DNA of 64,000 bases from Octopus vulgaris. Lineage: Eukaryota. Under the pieces are notes generated by a model, which was given only the letters and a program-made list of their open reading frames with translations, was not told where the DNA came from and ran no database searches. The stretch covers positions 171,368,001-171,432,000 of the forward strand of contig OX597817.1 of assembly GCA_951406725.2 (NCBI GenBank). Reading direction: 5' to 3'. How positions within the stretch are numbered: position 1 is the stretch's first letter; each line of letters begins with the position of its first letter. The position numbers and the translations under genes were made by a program. Positions 39,426-53,768 of this stretch are shown one piece after another.

Positions 39426-39702
39426 GTTATGTATGTATTATGTATGTATATATGTATGTATGTATGTATGTATGTGTGTGTGTGTATGTATTATGTATGT
39501 ATATATGTATGTATGTATGTATGCATGTATGTATGTATGTATGTATGTATGTATGTATGTATGTATGTATGTATGTATGTATGTATGTATGTATGTATGT
39601 ATGTATGTTTGTATGTATGTATGTATGTGTGTATGTATGTATGTATGTATGTATGTATGTATGTATGTATGTATGTATGTGTGTGTGTATGTATTATGTA
39701 TG

Positions 39703-39762
<60 letters not shown>

Positions 39763-40110
39763 CATGTATGTGTGTATGTATGTATGTATGTATGTGTTAT
39801 GTATGTATGTATGTATGTATGTGTGTATGTATTATGTATGTATATATGTATGTATGTATGTGTGTGTGTGTGTATGTATGTATATATGTATGTATTATGT
39901 ATGTATGCATGTATGTAAGTATGTATGTAAGTATGTATGTATGTATGTGTTATGTATGTATGTATGTATGTATGTATGTGTGTGTGTGTATGTGTGTATG
40001 TATGTATGTATGTATGCATGTGTATGTATTTATGTATTTGTGTATGTGTGATTGTATGTATATATGTACATGTCTATATATGTGTGTGTGTGTATATATA
40101 TATATATATA
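39226..40110. repeat. Degenerate (TATG)n satellite
   Basis: Direct reading. Confidence 0.95.
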
Positions 40111-40229
40111 GAAAACAGATGGATGATGATGATATATTTTTCTATCATTCTATCACTTCCTTTATCCATCTATCTATCTATCTATCTATCTATCTGTCTG
40201 TGTGTCTGTCTGTCTGTCTGTCTCTCTTG

Positions 40230-40290
<61 letters not shown>

Positions 40291-40638
40291 TAGATATATA
40301 TATCACTATCCACATATATATCGATCTGTCTGTCCGTCTGTCTTTCTGTTTGTCTTTCTACCTATCTACCTTCTTACTTACCAAACAACTTACCTACTTT
40401 CTACCTACCCACGTACCTATTCTACTTTCTTTCCTCTTCCTCTCCCTCTTCTCTCTGCCTGCCTGTCTGCCTGCCTGCCTGTCTGTCTCTTCCTCCCCCC
40501 CTCCCTCTGTTAAATTGCATGATCAATGTCATCTCGCGGAAAACTGGTCTACATTTGATATCATCTTTCTTGGATCATCCAGAAAGGGAAAAGAAGAGGG
40601 ACAAAGTGCAAGGCAAGGAGAGCAAGAAAGAAAGAGAG

Positions 40639-40673
<35 letters not shown>

Positions 40674-41934
40674 GGACTGAGAAGAAGGGAGTGAGAGAGA
40701 AGGAGGGATGGTACAGAGAGTAATTTGTAATGTATGAGTGTACGTATATGTGTGTGTGTGCTCGTGTGTGCGTGTGTCTATGTGTATGTATGTGAGTGTG
40801 TGCATGTGTATGTTGTGTATGAGTGTACATGTGTATGTATATGTGTGTGTGCATGTGTCTATGTGTATGTATGTGAGTGTGTGCATGTGTATGTTGTGTA
40901 TGTACATGAGTGTACATGTGTATGTATATGTGTGTGTGCATGTGTCTATGTGTATGTATGTGAGTGTGTGCATGTGTATGTATGGGTGTACATGTTTGTA
41001 TATGTGTATGTATGCATTTGTGTGTGTGTGTGTGTGTGTGTGTGGAGTAATAGTTCCTCTTTATACACAAAGACTTTCTATTTAGAACAACGAAATGGCT
41101 GCACCTTCAATCTTATAATTAAAAAAATCTTTCATTATTTTAAATTAATTGTTTTTTTTGTTTTGTAGATATTTACTGCTGTGTGTTCCTATTGAACTTT
41201 TTGTTTTAAGGATTTGTTTCTTTCTTCTTTCAGTCTCTGGATTGCTGCCATACTGGAGCATACTGGAGCCTTTAAAACCCTTTTACATATAAACTAGCCG
41301 TAGAATACTGCCTGTTCCAACGGGATTATTAATCCTGTAATGATGATCTTACACCAATGTCCAGTTATGTCCATACACGCACACACACACACACACATAC
41401 ATACATGCACACACATACATACATGCACACATACATACACATATGCACACACACATGCATGCACACACATATGCATGCACAGACACACATGCACACACAC
41501 ACATACATACATGCACACACATACATACATGCACACATACATACACATATGCACACACACATGCATGCACACACATATGCATGCACACACACACATGCAC
41601 AGACACATACATACATGCACACACACATACACATATGCACACATACATACACATATGCACACACACATGCATGCACACACATATGCATGCACACACACAC
41701 ATGCACACACAATACACATATGCACACATGCATGCACATATGCACACACACACACATGCATGCACATATGTACAATGTATGCACACACATACATGCATGC
41801 ACCAACACACACACACATACGCACATATGCGTGCATGCACACATGCATAAATGTAATTAAACTTTATTCTTAAAGCATCACAGAATCTGCAAAAAATTCA
41901 TCCTTTGTTATTGAGAGTACCATTACTGCCACAG

Positions 41935-42632
41935 CACCATCATTGTGGTCCTCATCAGCATCAGCATCAGCATCATCATCATCACTCCTATCATCATTAT
42001 GATCAACAACATCATCATCATCATCATGGCCATCATCATTGTTGTCATTATCATCTCCATCGTCGTCGTCGTCGTCGTCATCGTCATCGCTATTCTTATT
42101 GCCATTGTCATCTTCATCCTCATCCTCATCATATTCATCATCATCACCAATGCCATCATCGTCGTCATCAGCATCATCGTCATCGCTATTCTTATTGCCA
42201 TTGTCATCTTCATCCTCATCCTCATCATATTCATCATCATCACCAATGCCATCATCGTCGTCATCAGCATCATCGTCATCGCTATTCTTATTGCCATTGT
42301 CATCTTCATCTTCATCCTCATCATATTCATCATCATCACCAATGCCATCATCGTCGTCATCATCATCATCGTCATCGCTATTCTTATTGCCATTGTCATC
42401 TTCATCTTCATCCTCATCATATTCATCATCATCACCAATGCCGTCATCGTTGTCATCAGCATCATCATCGACATTATCATCATCGTCATCTTTATTCGTT
42501 GTCCTTGTCATCTTCCTCCACATCATTATCACCATCGGCTTCATGGTTGTCATTGTTGTTGTTGTCATCACAATCGTCACTATCATTGCTGTTGTCGTCA
42601 TCATTGCCAACGTCATCGTCTTTGTCCTCATC
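41935..42632. repeat. (CAT)n-derived tract containing four 96-bp tandem units
   Basis: gctattcttattgcc recurs at 42089, 42185, 42281 and 42377. Confidence 0.9.
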
Positions 42633-42741
42633 GTACACACAACTTACTCAGATACTCAACTGTTACAGAAATCGCAGCCTTTACTTTGAACCTAAACAAA
42701 TTCATTGCTCTTCAATAGATTTGGAACAATGTGCTAACTGT

Positions 42742-42992
42742 GGAGGCGCAATGGCCCAGTGGTTAGGGCAGCGGACTCGTAGTCAGAGGATCACAGTTTT
42801 GATTCTCAGACTGGGCATTGTATGTGTTTATTGAGCGAAAACACCTAAAACTCCACGAGGCTCTGGCAGGGGGTGGTGGCGACCCTTGTTGTACTCTTTT
42901 GCCCCAACTTTCTCTCACTCTCTCTTCCATATACGCCACAGAAACCGGGAAACCGGGCCCATTAGCTTGGCTAGGCTTGAAAAGGGCACATA
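42742..42992 (+). mobile_element. SINE family C
   Basis: Head shared with the 20433 copy. Tail similar to the 33075 copy (gaaaccgggaaaccggg). Confidence 0.75.
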
Positions 42993-43159
42993 AAAGGAAA
43001 AAAAATGTGCAAAACTGCAAACAAACACAGAAAAAAACAGAAAAAATTTGGATAGTTGTTGATAGAAAGACCTTCATTCACAAACATTGTTTTGAATATT
43101 TCCTTCCCTCCATCAAGATTTATTTTCTGTCTGTGTATGCGTCTCTCTCTCTCTCTCTT

Positions 43160-43209
<50 letters not shown>

Positions 43210-44427
43210 TCTCTCTCTCCCCTCTCTCTCTCCCCTCCCCCTCCCTTTCTCTCTCCCTCTCTCCCCCCTCTCTCTCTCTCAGAATTGGCTGAACAGTCGT
43301 ATGAAAACATTCAAACCATTCACAGTATCCCTTCATTCACCAACATTTTTTTTTCTATATTTTCTTCTCTTTATCAAGATATATTTTCTCTTTCTGTCTC
43401 TCTCTCTCTTAACACAGTGGTCTTTGCCTCCCTAGTCTCATTGATTTCTTCCAGGTCCTCAGCTGAGACCTGCATTCTGCATTTCATCTCCCCACCTTCC
43501 AGCATTCATCCTCACCACAGTGTACTAAGCTCTTTACCTCAACCCTCTTCCCCAACACTCTAACTGCATTCCACTTGAACTTCTCTTCCGCGTGTTTTGC
43601 TGCTATATCGCTAAAGCTTAAAGATTTCAAATTAAACATGAAATTAACCAGAAGGGCTTCACCTAATTAAGAGCAATAAATTTCCTACTTAGACTAATTG
43701 ATTAATTCACCTGTCTGTGCATGCCACCTTCTTCCTTCCTCCTGAAATATAAGGTAAAACTTCAATTTTGTTTTGTTTTGTTTTCTTTTCCTTTCCTTTT
43801 TGTAGTTTACTTTGTACCTTTTCATATTGTTCCACCTTTTCACAATAAATCTCTTTAAATAAATAACACAACTAACATTGAAGTCACAGAAGAAGGATCC
43901 TTATGCAAATAAGATGCCAGAAAATGCTTTTTTCAAATCTGGTCCTGGCAATTGTTTCATGGCGTTGTGTAGAATATTTAATTCAAAATTGCTTCCCTTA
44001 ATTACTTTAGCATTGATGAATAGGTCTGAGAAAATCTGGGAATATTGCTATCCATAAATTGGGGCTCCATTATGAGGGAGATATTTTCTTATCTTCATGC
44101 TCCCAGACTAGAACTAAGAATAATAAGAGAAAGTTTTGAAGCACCGTCCCCTGACTTAGAGGCCTGGAAGAGATTCATATTAATTAATTTTTGATATATG
44201 CTGATTGGTGCAGGCCTGGCTGTTTGGTAAAGAAGCTAATATTACAACCCCATGGTTTAATGTTCATTCCCACTGAATGGCACCTTGGACAAGTGTCTTC
44301 TACTATAGCTGCTCAATGCCTTGTGAATGAATTTAGTAGACAAACTCTGCATATGTATGCATGCATGTGTGTGTGTGCATATATATGCATTTGTGTATGT
44401 GTGTATGTATGTATGTATGTATGTATC

Positions 44428-44484
<57 letters not shown>

Positions 44485-44506
44485 CATACACATATACACA
44501 AAGTAA

Positions 44507-44832
44507 AAAGCACTATTCGAGTGTGGTCAGTGCCAGTGCCGCCTGACTAGCTCCCATGCTGGTGGCACATAAAAAGGACCATCCAAGTGTGGTTGATGCG
44601 AGTACTGTCTGACTGGCCCTCGTGCCGGTGGCACGTAAAAGCATCCACTACACTCTCAGAGTGGTTGGCATTAAGAAAGGGCATCCAGCTGTAGAAACTT
44701 TGCCGGATCAGATTGGAGCCTGGTACAACCTTCTGGCTTGTCAGCCCTCAGTCAAACCATCCAACCCATGCCAGCATGGAAAGCGGACATTAAATGATGA
44801 TGATGATGATGACGATGATGATGATGATGATG
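44507..44832 (+). mobile_element. SINE-like family D
   Basis: Cassette repeats, core and (gat)n tail. Confidence 0.8.
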
Positions 44833-44834
44833 AA

Positions 44835-46035
44835 GGTGTGTCTGGTTTTTGAGGCCATTTGTTTGAATTTAGAAAAAGACACATGGCTCATCAAAGAAAA
44901 GCTGTATTTGAAAACAAATTGATAAAAATAGTCTTGAGAATGTTTTCATCACACCTATTCAATGGATCTACCATTACCATCAATCAGTATAGGGTCGGAA
45001 TTGTTGACATGCCCAAATCAGATTATCTTTATCAATTTTGGACATAGTGCTAGTTATAGTGGACTTGACAGATTGCATAGTGTTAAGGGGTTGTTGAATG
45101 ACCTCTCTCCTGACTATGCCCTATATGTAATAGTACAGTAGATTGAGGTCTGGTGAGCTAGGTGATCATGTGTCTAGGAGAACATGATCATGGAAACTGG
45201 CACACATCCACATTTGGGTTGTCCGAGCCTTATGAAATGGTGCAAAGTCTTGTTGGAGGATGTACATTTTTCATTACATACTCTATCCATCCAGGGCCAA
45301 ACAAGTTTCTCCAACTCCTCTGTGTAAACTGCAGTATTGATTCTTAAGCCTTGTGAAAAAAAGTGAGGAGGCATAACATCTCCTTCATTGCTGAAGACTC
45401 CCAGACCCATTACTGCTGCTGGGATCTTAGTATTCATGACCATTGGAACCTTATTTGGGTTTCTGTATAACCACCTGTCGTTCCTTGGGTTTCTGTATAA
45501 CCACCTGTCATTACTTTTCAATCCTGATCAAAGTTTTTCCCATTGGCGAAAACCCAAAGGATTCTACCTCTTAGTGTTTTAGCTTGTTTAGCAAACTCTT
45601 TGCTAAAATGAGTCTCTCTTGTCACATCCATCATAAACTGACCCCTCCACATTACATACGAATTGTACTGGATATTTTCATGAACAACATTTCTGGTGGT
45701 GCATTCTGAAACCTTGAGATCCTTTGCAATGGCTCTGATTGAATTTCTGAGGTTTTTATTGATTATTTCTTGTATTTTTTGTACAAATTTATGTGTTCTG
45801 ATAGTATTAGGACCCTGTGCATCTATTTGCATTTAGCTGCTTCCAGCTCCTTTTGAACTTTGACAACAAAGGATCAGACAACTTTCAGGAAGCAAGTTAT
45901 CTCTGCTTCACTGTGCTGTACTTTTAAGTTGACAATTACTGCATACCTTTCTATTTGCTGAGTCAATATTTTATCTGACATTATTTATCTGAAAAGTAAG
46001 ATAAGAAAGTGATGTCCTCCAAAAAACTGAAGCAC

Positions 46036-46039
<4 letters not shown>
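44835..46039 (-). mobile_element. Decayed DD37D/maT transposon
   Basis: ORF pieces homologous to the 51989 element (NTKIPAAVMGLGVFSNEGDVMPPHFFSQGLRIN). Degenerate TIRs at both ends. 30-bp internal duplication (NDRWLYRNP twice). Confidence 0.8.
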
Positions 46040-46098
<59 letters not shown>

Positions 46099-46111
46099 GT
46101 ATATATTTGTA

Positions 46112-46189
<78 letters not shown>

Positions 46190-46193
<4 letters not shown>

Positions 46194-47009
46194 ATCCCAT
46201 AAATAATGCAATTTTTACAATTGTATGAACTAAAAGTCGGGGGAGGACAGGATAAACTATCTGCATCAACTTGCTATAAAAGCAGGTAGTAACTATACCT
46301 TGAACTTATTCTTAGTGCAAGTTTTGAGGAGTGCAGTTCGAATTTAACAGTTATTTTTTCAAAGCTATAATGGAACTGATAATGGAGCATATTCAACATA
46401 TTTTGCATTGAGTTCAATAAAGGCAACAACGCAATGGAAAGTGCAAGGAATATTAATGCAGTATGTGGGGGATCAAACAAAAGGCATAAGCCAGTGTCAA
46501 CAGTGGTTCTAGAAATTCTGAAAGATCTGCAGAGTTTGATGAGGATGTCCTGCAAACCCTGGTGAAACAAAATCCATTATAACTGTTGAGGAACTAGCAG
46601 AGAAGCTTGGATTTGGTCATTCAACCATTCATTGATACCTGCATGCCATCGGAAAAATCAGCTAATTGGGTGAATGGGTTCCTCAAACTTTCTGAGTCTA
46701 ATTGTGCACAGGGAGTAAATGTGTGCTCTTCTTTGCTGTCATGTCTCATAAATGAACTTTTTCTGGACTGAATAATGACTGGTGATGAGAAATGGGTTCT
46801 CTATAAAAATGTCAAGTGCCAAAGACAGTGGGTGGGGAAAGTAGAAGCACCGGTGCCCCAGGCTAAAGAAGGTCATCATTCATGTAAGGTGTTGTTATCT
46901 GTTTGGTGGGATATAAAAGGTTTAATCCACTTTGAACTTTTAAACCCAAGCCAAACGGTTACAAAGGAGATCTACTGCAAGCAGCTTGAGTGGCTTAAGT
47001 CAGCGCTAG
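46190..47009 (+). mobile_element. 3'-truncated decayed mariner
   Basis: TGDEKWVLY...KVLLSVWWDIKGLIHFELL...YCKQL. Cut off by a SINE A tail at about 47010. Confidence 0.85.
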
Positions 47010-47770
47010 ATAGAGTATGTACCAGACTTAGAAAAAGATAGGTACTAGAGTTGATTTGTTAGACTAAACTTTTCAAAGCAGTGCCCCACCATGGCCACAA
47101 TCCAATGACAGAAACAGGTAAACCTAAAATATAAGATACTCCAGTGTCTTTGCCTTGCTTGTTAAAGTCATGATACTTTTGCTGGAATTCTCTTCAGCTT
47201 TCAGATGTCTATCATATTTGGTAATGTTCTTAGAATTTCAAAATGAACTCTTCCTAAAATTAAAGGGGGGTGGGGTAGGATAGATTTCTCTCATTCTATT
47301 ATCCATGCCAGGAATATTTTCCTATCAGTTACTCCCTGATTGAGATGTTGCTTGAAGTAAAGTATGTATTGTTTGACAGACTCAGGTATTGAACTCATGA
47401 CCATAGCTAAGCAACTATACCATTGTCCTGCTTTTAGTTTAGTAGTTTAACTAGTGGACATGAGTTTAATACTTGGGTCAGTGAAATAATATATATATAT
47501 TCTGGTTCCTACTACAGCACAAGTATGGACAAAAGAATGAGGACAATTTACCTTCCTGATTAAAGGTATTCCAGCCATGACTATCTCCACTTTTTCTTTT
47601 GTGCAGAAGACCCGAAGCACTTTATCCAGCTTGTCATTTCTAAGCTTATAAGAAATGAGTTGTGGTAGATTTGGCTGCTATTTCTAACAAGGATTATTTA
47701 TCCAACTTTCCTGTGCGGAGTTCCCATTCTTCCAGTTTGTTACTGCATATATATGCGTGTATATATATGC

Positions 47771-47815
<45 letters not shown>

Positions 47816-47984
47816 GATAGATAGATAGATATAGATATAGATATGTATTCTTTTCTACTCTAGGCACAAGGCCCGAAATTTTTGGAGAGATGGGGAGCAG
47901 TCAATTAGATCGACTCCAATAAGCAACTGGTACTTAATTTATCGACCCTGAATGGATGGAAGTCAAAGTCGACTTCAGCAGAAT

Positions 47985-48050
<66 letters not shown>

Positions 48051-48199
48051 GTATTATCTTCATTCAGATGATAAAAATTACTCCATCTCCAGATGAATTA
48101 ATAAATCCATAATTAACAACAAAATCTACTTCAATTCATCTTATTTGATATAATGCATTAAACTTCGTTTAATGAATTATCTCTTTTAATGATATTTCT

Positions 48200-48285
<86 letters not shown>

Positions 48286-48683
48286 GGGATGAAAAGCAAA
48301 GTTGACCTCGATAAGATTTGAACTCAGAATACTGAGAGTTGCAACGAGTAACATGAAACATTGTCTCCTGTACTCTAACAAATTAAACTCCCTGGCTGCA
48401 ATAGAAGAAGTATAGTGTTGGAGTGAGAGTGTGGTGGGAAAAGCAAAGCAATGGTACAATGGTTGAGAGAGAGAGATTGAGTGGGTGATAGTGAATGGGG
48501 GAAAGGTTAGTTATAAGAGGGTAAGGGAGAGGAGTGTGAGTGGGGAGAGGATGAAAGACAGAAAAATTTGTGGTAGATAAATGAGGTATCTGAGAGGTAA
48601 AGAAGTAGATTGAGTCATAACAGGTGTAGAAATAAACACTAATGTAGGTGGGAAGTATCAGATGAAGGTTTAACAGGAATATA

Positions 48684-49075
48684 TTTCAAATTTGGCGCAA
48701 GGCCAGTAAGTCCGAGGGAGAGAGTAAGTCGATTATACCAACCCCAGTATTGAACTGGTACTTATTTTATCAACTCTGAAAGAATGAAAGGCAACGTCGA
48801 CCTTGATGATATTTGAACTCAGAACATAAGCCGGACAAAATACCTATTTCTTTACTACCCACAAGGGGCTAAACACAGAGGGGAAAAACAAGGACAGACA
48901 AACGGATTAAGTCGATTATATTGACCCCAGTGCGTAACTGGTATTTATTTAATCGACCCTGAAAGGATGAAAGGCAAAGTCAACCTCGGCGGAATTTGAA
49001 CTCAGAACGTTGCGGCAGATGAAATAGTGCTAAGCATTTCGCCCGGCGTGCTAATGATTCTGGCAGCTGATTGCC
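48684..49075 (-). mobile_element. SINE family B (duplicated-core variant)
   Basis: Head-core-tail1-core-tail2 structure. Confidence 0.85.
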
Positions 49076-49174
49076 CTAAAATGACAGGAATATATTGAGC
49101 AACAGGACCAAATGAAGATGTATACTACACTCCCCCCTTCCATCAATATCACCATTTTAACATTTGTTATGCAA

Positions 49175-49497
49175 TCATCATCATCATCATCATCATCATT
49201 TAGCGTCCGTTCTCCATGCTAGCATGGGTTGGACGGTTCAACTGGGGTCTGTGAAGCCAGAAGGCTTCATCAGGCCCAGTCAGATCTGGCAGAGTTTCTA
49301 CAGCTGGATGCCCTTCCTAACGCCAACCACTCCGTGAGTGTAGTGGGTGCTTTTTACGTGCCACCCGCACAGGTGCCAGACAGAGCTGGCAAACGGCCAC
49401 GAACGGATGGTGCTTTTACGTGTCACCGGCACGGGGCCAGGCGAGGCTGGCAACGGACACGAACGGATGGTGCTTTTACGTGCCACCAACACGGGGG
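49175..49497 (-). mobile_element. SINE-like family D
   Basis: Reverse complement with cassette repeats and (cat)n tail. Confidence 0.82.
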
Positions 49498-49569
49498 CCA
49501 GACAGGCACAAATAGATGGGTCCTCTCCAGCTCTATGTATCACCGATTATCACAATTTTTTGTCATATT

Positions 49570-50750
49570 TTTTATGAGATTCATAATCTTGAGATCAGTT
49601 TCCATCACTTCATTTAATGCCCTTCTAGGTCTCTTACAACCACAGGTTCCATCCAATTTGAGTGTACTATACTTCTTTATATAGCTGTCATCACACTCCC
49701 ATACAGAAACAGTCTTCTCTCTTGCACACTACATCTGATTTCTCTTATAACTAACTTTATTTTAAATAATAATAATAATAATAATTGTGTACAGTGCTCA
49801 GGTGCACTACAACTCATCTAAAGTGTATATATAATCAGGTGTAGTTTCGGCGGATTTCGGAAAGCATGAGGCCCTTAAAGGATGCAGTGTCATGGCAGTC
49901 AACAACTGACGCAGGCAGTTTATTCCATGCTTCAGCAACTCTGAGCGTGAAAAAATGTTTCCGAAAGTCATGGGAGCTGTGTTGTTTTCTGACTTTGTAG
50001 GCATGTCCATGTGTGTTAGACACATGGAGATCAAAAAGGTGTTCAGTGTTGTTGTTGGTGAGGTGGTTGATAACTTTGTGGGCGTTTACGAAGTCCGTCG
50101 CCAGACGCCGGAGCTTCAGTGAATCCATGCCCAGGGAAACAAGGCGCTCAGAATATGGTAGGTGTCTGATGGAGGGTATGCGTTTGGTTGCACGTCTCTG
50201 GACAGATTCCAGGAGGTCAATGTTCTGAGCAAGATAGGGGTTCCAAATACATAGCGCATATGTATTTGGTCATTCATGCACACTAACATAGTGCATTCAG
50301 CAGAGCATGTTCACTTAATTTTCTTTCTCTAGCTTTTACAGATCCTCCATACTGAAGGCTCTCGTTCACTACCACATAACAATTGGAATATGTATGCAGG
50401 TATCATACAATTTACCCTCATTCTGAGAGAGTAAACCTTTATTACCAGCAGAGGTAAGACGCCAAACTATTTCCTTCTCATTCTTACCCTGGCAACTATA
50501 CTTTCAGCGTGCCCACCTCCACTGTTGATTAAATCACCTTGGGAACACAAGCTATCAACTACTTCTAAGGAGTAACCTGAGCATTTAAGAGAACTTGTTT
50601 TACATATTCTCTTATTTTATTTCTGCACCTGTCACACAGAAAGTCTGTCATCGCTGTAAGCCTACCTGCACTCTTACAACAACTCTTGTGTGCCTATAGT
50701 TTACACTAAGTAATATAGATTTTCTAACTTCTGTTTCCTGTAAGCTGAGC
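49570..50750 (-). pseudogene. Old RTE-type LINE RT C-terminal fragment, interrupted by a CR1 insertion
   Basis: Minus-strand decayed motifs resembling GKLYD.C......GSE.W...ED..KLERNE..ML and GRP..W.EV...DL on either side of the CR1. Confidence 0.55.
49766..50246 (-). mobile_element. 5'-truncated CR1-like LINE
   Basis: WNPYLAQNIDLLESVQRRATKRIP..LPYSERL..LGMDSLKLRR...GHAYK...RKHFFTLRVAEAWNKLP, with an (ATT)n tail. Confidence 0.9.
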
Positions 50751-51249
50751 ATAGCCATTACTCAGACAGTAACAGGATCCCGCCTGTTTTAATTCACTTT
50801 TTCTAAGTTTATGTTGAGGCCTCTCGATTCCAGGTTTCGGTTTCGAAGGTTGGGAATCCTTCATTATATCTGTTTATAGATTTAAGTTCTTTTCTAAATA
50901 CATAATCAACTATAAGGTTATCAACATAAAGGACTGCTAGTCATAAACCTTTCTGTTATGGCTTAAGGGACAATATAAACTAGAAGGGATCAAAGATTAG
51001 GCCGTCGTAAAAAAAGGAAAAATACTTGTTCAGTAAATTCTATATACATTACTGACTACCGCCCTGTTGGTAACACAGTCCTCACAGATCATTCATCCTG
51101 GGTTTTCTTAGTGGCCTTAAATGTGTTTAATATATATAGAAGTCTGGTGCAGCCTCTTGCCTGGCTGGCTCCTGACAAATTGTCCAAGCCATTCCAGCAT
51201 GGAAGGCAGATGTTAGATGATGATGATCATCATCATCATAGTATGTATG

Positions 51250-51447
51250 TTAGCAGAATTGTTAGAATGCTGGGCAAAATGTTCAGGGTTGTTCGTCTTT
51301 ACCTTTTGAGTTCAAATTCCACCAAGGTTGACTTTGCCTTTCATCCTTTCAAGATTGATAAAATAAGTACCAGTTGAGTACTTGGGTTCATATAATTAAT
51401 TTATCCCCTCCCATGAAACTGCTAGCCTTGTGTCAAAATTTGAAACT
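51250..51447 (+). mobile_element. SINE family B (diverged)
   Basis: gagttcaaattccaccaaggttgactttgcctttcatcctttc core. Confidence 0.75.
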
Positions 51448-51712
51448 AAGATATATATATGTATATATGTATATATGTATATATATATTTATGTAATTAG
51501 ATATAGATTAATACCGATATTAGATTATTGGTAGGTTTCCTACCTTATAAATTAAAATTAATATTTAACATTATAGTCGATTTTGATATAATCATAATCG
51601 TTAAGTTATGTTTCTAGTTTGATAATAGAGTTTATTATAAGTAAAATTATTATATTATTTATAACTTAAAAATAGTGTTTAAATATTTCTGATTATTTTT
51701 TAGATATTTCAA

Positions 51713-51808
51713 TTAACCTGAAGATTGACAGTAACCATAACTCGAATTATTAATTGAATTTAAATTATTGTTATTCGAATTGTACAGCCATGAAACGATC
51801 GTAGTGTT
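51713..51808 (+). ncRNA. Hammerhead-like motif with long AT-rich stem II
   Basis: ac-ctgaaga-ttgacagta...gtacagccat-gaaac-gatc-gta-gt. Palindromic acgatcgt stem III. Lies in an AT-rich island between (TA)n tracts. Confidence 0.55.
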
Positions 51809-51941
51809 TTACTCTTTATATTTTATTAAACTTTTAATGCTTTAGATAAATATTTAAAATAATATAAATTAAATTAATTTTATGTATTGGCTTATGTTTT
51901 TCATTGTTTGATTTGCCTAATAGTGGTTTTATCTCTAATTT

Positions 51942-51988
<47 letters not shown>

Positions 51989-51991
<3 letters not shown>

Positions 51992-53260
51992 GGTGTGTAA
52001 GATATTTGAGGACATACCTTTTTGGGATCATTGCTGCATTTTTTGCTAACTCTGTATAATCTTTGTTTCAGAAAATAATAATGGCAGACCCTCAGATTAC
52101 TCAAGAAATGAAGAGGCATGCTGTTATTGTGGTTATAAAGGCTGAGCATAGCGATTTAGAAATATCTCAACTTTTAAAAGTTGACAGATCTTTCATCTAT
52201 AAAGATTGTAAGGAGTTAGAGACTGAAGATGGAAATGTATCACCAGCATCAAAGCCTCAAAGCATAAAAAGCATTCTAAACATTCTGAAATCATCAGAAC
52301 ACCTGAATTTATCCAGCAAGTTCAACAGACCATTGATTACAATCCCAGAAAGTCCACGAGGTCAGTTGCAAAAGATCTCCAAGTGTCAGAAGGGACATTC
52401 AGAAAAGCTGTCCACAAAGACATCAGATGTAAATTTTATATGATGAAGAAAGGTGAATTTGTCCCCCAAAAAATAAAAGAAAATCACTACATCAGATTTA
52501 AAGGGTTCTTAAACAAACTGAAAAATCCAGCAGAAGAAAATTTGATTTGGTTTTTCTCAAACGAGAGAAACTTTAACCAAGATCAAAAAGTTAACAGAAG
52601 AAATGTCAGATGGTTATGTGCAGACCCTTCAGAAGTTCCAAGTGTTATGCATACAAAATTTCCTGCAACTGTCATGGTTTTAGGGGTTGTCAGCAATGAA
52701 AGACATGTGATGCCTCCTTACTTCTTTCCACAAGGCCTTAGAGTTAACTCTGCCACCTACATTGAGGTCCTGGAAATAATTGTTAAGCCCTGGATAGACA
52801 GTGTATGCAATGGAAGGCCATATGTGTTTCAGTAAAACTCTGTACTATCACACATGGATCTAGTAAAACAGGAATGGATGGCTGAAAATTTTCATGATCA
52901 CATAACCCTTAACATTTGGCCTCCTAATTCCCCAGACCTCAATCCATTGGACTATTACATATGGAGCATTGTTAAAAGAGAGGTCAATGAACATGACTAT
53001 AACACCAAAGATTCTTTGAAAGCTGCCATAGTCAGAGTAATGCCCAAAATGAACCAGGACCACTTGATTTGAGCATGCAGATGATTTAGATCTCATACAG
53101 AAGCAGTTGTTGAGGCTGAAGGTGGCTTTATTGAATAACATTATAGAATAGAAGGTTCATTTTTATCCTGATTCCATTTTTTGATAAATAAAGTTATAAT
53201 CTATTATTATATATCTGTTTTTTTATACACATAAATCTGTCCTCAAATATCTTATGCACC

Positions 53261-53263
<3 letters not shown>
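51989..53263 (+). mobile_element. Full-length DD37D (maT) transposon, pseudogenised transposase 52081-53137
   Basis: TIRs cagggtgtgtaagatatttgaggaca / tgtcctcaaatatcttatgcaccctg. FFSNERNF, YVFQ*, WPPNSPDLNPLDYYIW, with 37 residues between the second and third catalytic positions. Confidence 0.92.
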
Positions 53264-53310
<47 letters not shown>

Positions 53311-53526
53311 TCTTTTACTCTTTTACTCTTTTACTTGTTTAAGTCATTTGACTGCGACCATGCTGGAGCACCGCCTTTAGTCGAGCAAATCGACCCCAGA
53401 ACATATTTTTTGTAAGCCCAGTACTTATTCTATCGGTCTCTTTTGCCGAACCGCTAAGTGATGGGGGCGTAAACACACCAGCATCGGTTGTCAGGCAATG
53501 CTAGGGTGACAAACACAGACACACAA

Positions 53527-53561
<35 letters not shown>

Positions 53562-53730
53562 CATATATACGACAGGCTTCTTTCAGTTTCCGTCTACCAA
53601 ATCCACTCACAAGGCATTGGTCGGCCCGGGGCTATAGCAGAAGACACTTGCCCAAGATGCCACGCAGTGGGACTGAACCCGGAACCATGTGGTTGCTTAG
53701 CAAGCTACTTACCACACAGCCACTCCTGCG

Positions 53731-53732
<2 letters not shown>
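53311..53732 (-). mobile_element. SINE family A, full-length
   Basis: Reverse-complement match. Confidence 0.92.
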
Positions 53733-53768
<36 letters not shown>

